64,000 bases of DNA from assembly GCA_945889005.1 (NCBI GenBank), contig CAMDBI010000015.1:6961-70960 (forward strand), in the 5' to 3' direction. The stretch comes from Bacteroides fragilis. GTDB taxonomy: Bacteria > Bacteroidota > Bacteroidia > Bacteroidales > DTGW01. The translations under genes and the position numbers were made by a program. The notes under the pieces were generated by a model. It was not told the DNA's origin. It was given only the letters and a program-made list of their open reading frames with translations, and made no database searches. This document shows, piece after piece, positions 60,168 to 64,000 of the stretch; the first letter of the stretch is position 1; the number at the start of each line of letters is the position of its first letter.

Positions 60168-62248
60168 TGGAAAATTTTAAGCTTAAATTCATCGAAGAGG
60201 CTACCGAGCACATCAATGAACTTGAAAAAACATTGTTAGATCTTGAGAAATTTCCCAACGACAAACAACTCATTGAGAAGGTTTTTAGGGCAATGCATTC
60301 ACTTAAGGGAGGTGGAGCTATGTTTGGTTTCGATCAAATTAGCGAATATACTCACAACCTCGAATCATTGTACGATTATGTTCGTAATGGTCAAATGGAA
60401 CTAACCAAAAATCTTTTTGACGTTACATTGGCTTCTGTAGACCATTTAACAAATCTTTTAGACGAAAGTAAATCAGAAACTTCCGCTACTAAAAAAAGAC
60501 ATAGTGAACTAACCTCTCAAATAGATGAAATAATTAAGCGAAAAAAAAGTGGATTACAAGAAGAAAAAAACAATTTAAAAACAGCCGTTACTGATATAGT
60601 TGAAATATCCGGTAAAGAAAAACAATCAACATATTATATACACTTTATACCTAATATTGATATTTTTGACAACGGAACAAACCCTTTGTTTTTGCTCGAC
60701 GAACTTACCGCTCTTGGCAAAACCATTGTCATACCTAATATGTCTAAGGTTGAAGGATTTCATAGTTTAAATCCCTGTAACTGCTATACCAGTTGGGAAA
60801 TATTTCTTTCCACAACTCACGATATTAATTCAATTACCGATATTTTTATTTTTGTTGAAGACGATTGCACCATAGATATCCACAAGCTTAGCGACACCAA
60901 TCTTTTAGATATTCCTTTATTTATTGAAAAAATAAATAGCCTACGAAGTGAAACAAAAGATATTGGAATAAATGAAATTGAACTTTTTATTGGGCAATTA
61001 AAAATTGTTACCCCAACTGTAGTAAAAGAAAAAAAACAAGAAGAAAAAAATCAAGGAGCCGCACCTAAAGAAAATATGATATCGAGTATCAGGGTTTCAT
61101 CAGAAAAACTCGACAATCTTATGAATTTAGTAAGTGAACTTGTTACAACTCAGGCCCGCCTCACCATGTACGCCGAAAACGATAGCGCGCCCGAGCTAAT
61201 AGCTATTGGAGAGAATGTTCAAAAACTATCGCGACAATTGCGCGACATTGCATTCAGCATAGTACTCATACCCATCGAAAACCTTTTAACACGTTTTCAA
61301 CGTTTGGTAAGAGATCTATCGCAAGAACTGAAAAAAGATGTCGTCTTCATTACCGAAGGTACAGATACCGAACTCGACAAAACTATCATTGAGAATCTTA
61401 CAGATCCTCTTATGCATATACTCCGAAATAGCCTCGACCATGGAATTGAATCGCCAGAAATACGAGAAAAACTTGGAAAGCCCAAACAAGGTACTATTAC
61501 TTTAAAAGCATTTTACTCAGGAGCAAATGTACATATCCAAATTAGCGACGACGGTTCAGGAATTGACTCCGAAAAGGTTCGCCAGAAAGCAATTAGCAAA
61601 GGGCTAATATCGGCAGATACCATTTTAACTCAAAAAGAAATACTTGATATTATATTCCTGCCCGGATTTTCAACAGCTACCAATATAACCGATGTATCGG
61701 GTCGAGGTGTTGGAATGGATGTAGTTCGTCGAAAAATTGCAGATATTAGAGGCGAGGTCGAAATTGAATCGAAAGTTAAACATGGAACAACACTTACAAT
61801 CAAACTACCTCTAACACTTTCTATTATTGATGGTTTGCAAGTTAAAGTGAATGATGTTTATTATATAATACCATTAACTTCGGTCGACAAAATATATGCT
61901 GCCGATCACAACAAAGTATATGGAACATTCAACAATCTTATAATACTCGATGGTCAACAATTGCCTTTTTTCTATTTACGCGACGAATTTGAAATAAACG
62001 AGAATACTATTGAAAATGAACAAATAGTTGTTGTCCGATACGAAGACAAACGTATTGGATTGGTTGTTGATAGTGTAGTTGGCGAATATCAGGCAGTTTT
62101 AAAGCCATTGGGAAAATATTATAAAAATCAAGAAATTATTTCAGGTGCAACCATTCTTGGCGATGGTACCATTGCTCTTGTTATAGATACCAATAAAGCA
62201 ATTAAATTCTTTTCACAAAAATACCTATCTTCGGAGGAAAAAAAATGA
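60167..62248 (+). CDS. cheA: Chemotaxis histidine kinase
   Basis: Hpt FRAMHSLKG, HILRNSLDHG, SGRGVGMDVV, C-terminal CheW domain. Confidence 0.97.
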   Translation: MENFKLKFIEEATEHINELEKTLLDLEKFPNDKQLIEKVFRAMHSLKGGGAMFGFDQISEYTHNLESLYDYVRNGQMELTKNLFDVTLASVDHLTNLLDESKSETSATKKRHSELTSQIDEIIKRKKSGLQEEKNNLKTAVTDIVEISGKEKQSTYYIHFIPNIDIFDNGTNPLFLLDELTALGKTIVIPNMSKVEGFHSLNPCNCYTSWEIFLSTTHDINSITDIFIFVEDDCTIDIHKLSDTNLLDIPLFIEKINSLRSETKDIGINEIELFIGQLKIVTPTVVKEKKQEEKNQGAAPKENMISSIRVSSEKLDNLMNLVSELVTTQARLTMYAENDSAPELIAIGENVQKLSRQLRDIAFSIVLIPIENLLTRFQRLVRDLSQELKKDVVFITEGTDTELDKTIIENLTDPLMHILRNSLDHGIESPEIREKLGKPKQGTITLKAFYSGANVHIQISDDGSGIDSEKVRQKAISKGLISADTILTQKEILDIIFLPGFSTATNITDVSGRGVGMDVVRRKIADIRGEVEIESKVKHGTTLTIKLPLTLSIIDGLQVKVNDVYYIIPLTSVDKIYAADHNKVYGTFNNLIILDGQQLPFFYLRDEFEINENTIENEQIVVVRYEDKRIGLVVDSVVGEYQAVLKPLGKYYKNQEIISGATILGDGTIALVIDTNKAIKFFSQKYLSSEEKK

Positions 62249-62754
62249 CAGTGGAAAAAAAACATAAAATAAACTCATACTTAACATTTATGTTGGGCGA
62301 AGAGTTTTTTGCTGCAAATGTCAGCAAAGTGCTTAATATTTTGGAAATGACCAAAGTAACAAAAGTACCTAAAGCTCCTCATTATATGAAAGGGGTTATT
62401 AATCTTAGAGGTGCTGTTTTGCCTTTGATCGACACACGAATTAAATTTGAAATGGACGAAACAGTATTTACAGCAAATACCTGCATATTAGTATTAGACA
62501 TCAATGTTAATGGAGATAGTGTACATGTTGGAGCATTGGTCGATTCGGTTCAGGAAGTTCTCGAAATTGACGACGCAAACATTATGCCCCCACCCAATAT
62601 TGGAACTAAATATAAATCGGAATTCATCGAAGGAGTTGCCAAAGTTGGGGAGGAATTTATAATGATACTCGATATGGATTTAATTTTTTCGACCGATGAA
62701 CTCAGTTTATTAAAAGATAATTTTAAAGAAGAAACCGAAGAAGTGAAAAAATAA
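62245..62754 (+). CDS. cheW: Chemotaxis adaptor
   Basis: VPKAPHYMKGVINLRG, GALVDSVQEV. Confidence 0.96.
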   Translation: MTVEKKHKINSYLTFMLGEEFFAANVSKVLNILEMTKVTKVPKAPHYMKGVINLRGAVLPLIDTRIKFEMDETVFTANTCILVLDINVNGDSVHVGALVDSVQEVLEIDDANIMPPPNIGTKYKSEFIEGVAKVGEEFIMILDMDLIFSTDELSLLKDNFKEETEEVKK

Positions 62755-62775
62755 AATTAAATAATCAATAATATT

Positions 62776-62803
62776 AAGCCCGGAAAAGTTTCGGGCTTTT
62801 TTT
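62776..62803 (+). terminator. Intrinsic terminator after cheW
   Basis: AAGCCCGGAA-AAG-TTTCGGGCTT plus T run. Confidence 0.85.
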
Positions 62804-62914
62804 ATTTAAAACACTTTAATAAAAAAAACTATTATTATAATTATAATCTATAATATTTTTTTAACTTTATAAGGTATTCTTTTTGAGTTTATTCCCTTAA
62901 TATAACGTATTACA

Positions 62915-64000
62915 ATGAAAATTATTTCAAAATTAAACGCATCGGTAATAACAGTTTCAATTTTATTATTAGTTTCTACCGGCATTATCTCATACTTTGT
63001 ATATTCTTCGTACAACACCCAACAAAATGAAAAAAAATGCAATTTACCGGTCTTGACATTAAATAATAATATATCATACTATGTCAATCAAATAAAAAAT
63101 GAACAAGTAAATAACATTATCGATGAAGGACAAAAGTATATTGATAGCCTTAAAATATATATTATTGAAGCCAAGGAACTTATATCAAATGTAAAAATTA
63201 ATAACTATAGTCCAATAGTCGAAAAAAGCGAACTGCTTTACACCAAAGTTGAGGAATATAATACTGAGAATAAAAAAGTAATTTCAAATTTTACTTCAAA
63301 CCAAACATCAATAAAAAACATTCAAAAAGAATTTGAAGATAAATGTCAGGCATATATCGATTTGCAACGACGTCTCATTAACAACGACTTAAACAGCAAT
63401 TCGAATGACAGGGTACGCTTACGCTTAAATCGCATTAGTATTATGACAAACATTTTGTCGAATGGCATTCAGGCGTTTAATAGTTTTGACTCCCAAATGA
63501 GCATATCTATAAACCTCAATAATATAATTTCACTTATTACAACAGTCGAAACACAGATTGAATCACTCAAAAGCCAAAGTAAGCAAACAAATGAGCAACA
63601 ATTGTTAGCATCTGCCTCAGAAAATATTAATCAATATAAAACAACACTTGACGAGAATATACTAGCACATGCAAAAAAAATTGAATTAAAAAATCAAATT
63701 AATAATCTTTCGAACGAGTTGAATGAGAATATATTTTCTTTTAATCAAAGTCAAATACAGCAAATACATAACAACACAGAAATTGAAGAGAAAAATCTTA
63801 TTGGAACAGGTATTACAACAATTTTAATATCAATTCTGATGTTAATTGTATTTATTAGTATTTCAATATATTTTAAGAAAAAAATAATAAACACCATCAA
63901 AAAGAGTATTGAATTTGCTAAAGAAATAGCATCGGGCAACCTCAATGCAAAACTTATAATACATGGTAATGACGAGTCGACCCAATTATTAAAAGCATTA
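62915..64000 (+). CDS. Probable methyl-accepting chemotaxis protein (runs off right edge)
   Basis: MKIISKLNASVITVSILLLVSTGII TM1, helical periplasmic domain, TM2, HAMP FAKEIASGNLNAKLIIHGNDESTQLLKAL; signalling domain not visible. Confidence 0.8.
   Translation, partial: MKIISKLNASVITVSILLLVSTGIISYFVYSSYNTQQNEKKCNLPVLTLNNNISYYVNQIKNEQVNNIIDEGQKYIDSLKIYIIEAKELISNVKINNYSPIVEKSELLYTKVEEYNTENKKVISNFTSNQTSIKNIQKEFEDKCQAYIDLQRRLINNDLNSNSNDRVRLRLNRISIMTNILSNGIQAFNSFDSQMSISINLNNIISLITTVETQIESLKSQSKQTNEQQLLASASENINQYKTTLDENILAHAKKIELKNQINNLSNELNENIFSFNQSQIQQIHNNTEIEEKNLIGTGITTILISILMLIVFISISIYFKKKIINTIKKSIEFAKEIASGNLNAKLIIHGNDESTQLLKAL

Noticed and set aside
1-64000. tRNA, rRNA, riboswitches, transposase or integrase genes
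   Set aside because: None recognised by eye; a covariance-model scan would be needed to exclude small RNAs

Overview
AT-rich chromosomal window from a Bacteroidota bacterium, probably Bacteroidales-like (TAnnTTTG promoters, gene content). From left to right: the 5' 3.35 kb of a type II-C-like cas9 running off the left edge, with a divergent tracrRNA candidate and no CRISPR array in the window; a collagen/fibre protein plus secreted hydrolase pair; a his operon (hisG-D-C-B-purU-H-membrane GT-A-F-lnb-like-IE) behind a His5 leader attenuator; a serine acetyltransferase behind an unannotated Cys5 leader peptide whose terminator overlaps the Cys codons; a MITE; an APS reductase; a convergent six-gene cluster of uncharacterised exported proteins (DUF6175/LPP20/FlgT-like) around a decayed ParE toxin-antitoxin pair; housekeeping genes (aroE, topB, dnaX split at an A11 run, icd, mnmA); a TetR-controlled ABC/HlyD/TolC efflux operon; and a kinase/receiver/Crp block divergent from a chemosensory cluster (receiver, atypical MCP-like protein, STAS, cheY, cheA, cheW, MCP). 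Many operon junctions carry 7-8 bp tandem-repeat arrays that start right at stop codons, and one pair still brackets a deleted four-helix-bundle gene. The best novelty candidates are the Cys attenuator, the exported-protein cluster and the repeat-bracketed insertion elements. All family assignments come from motif recognition by eye, not database searches.
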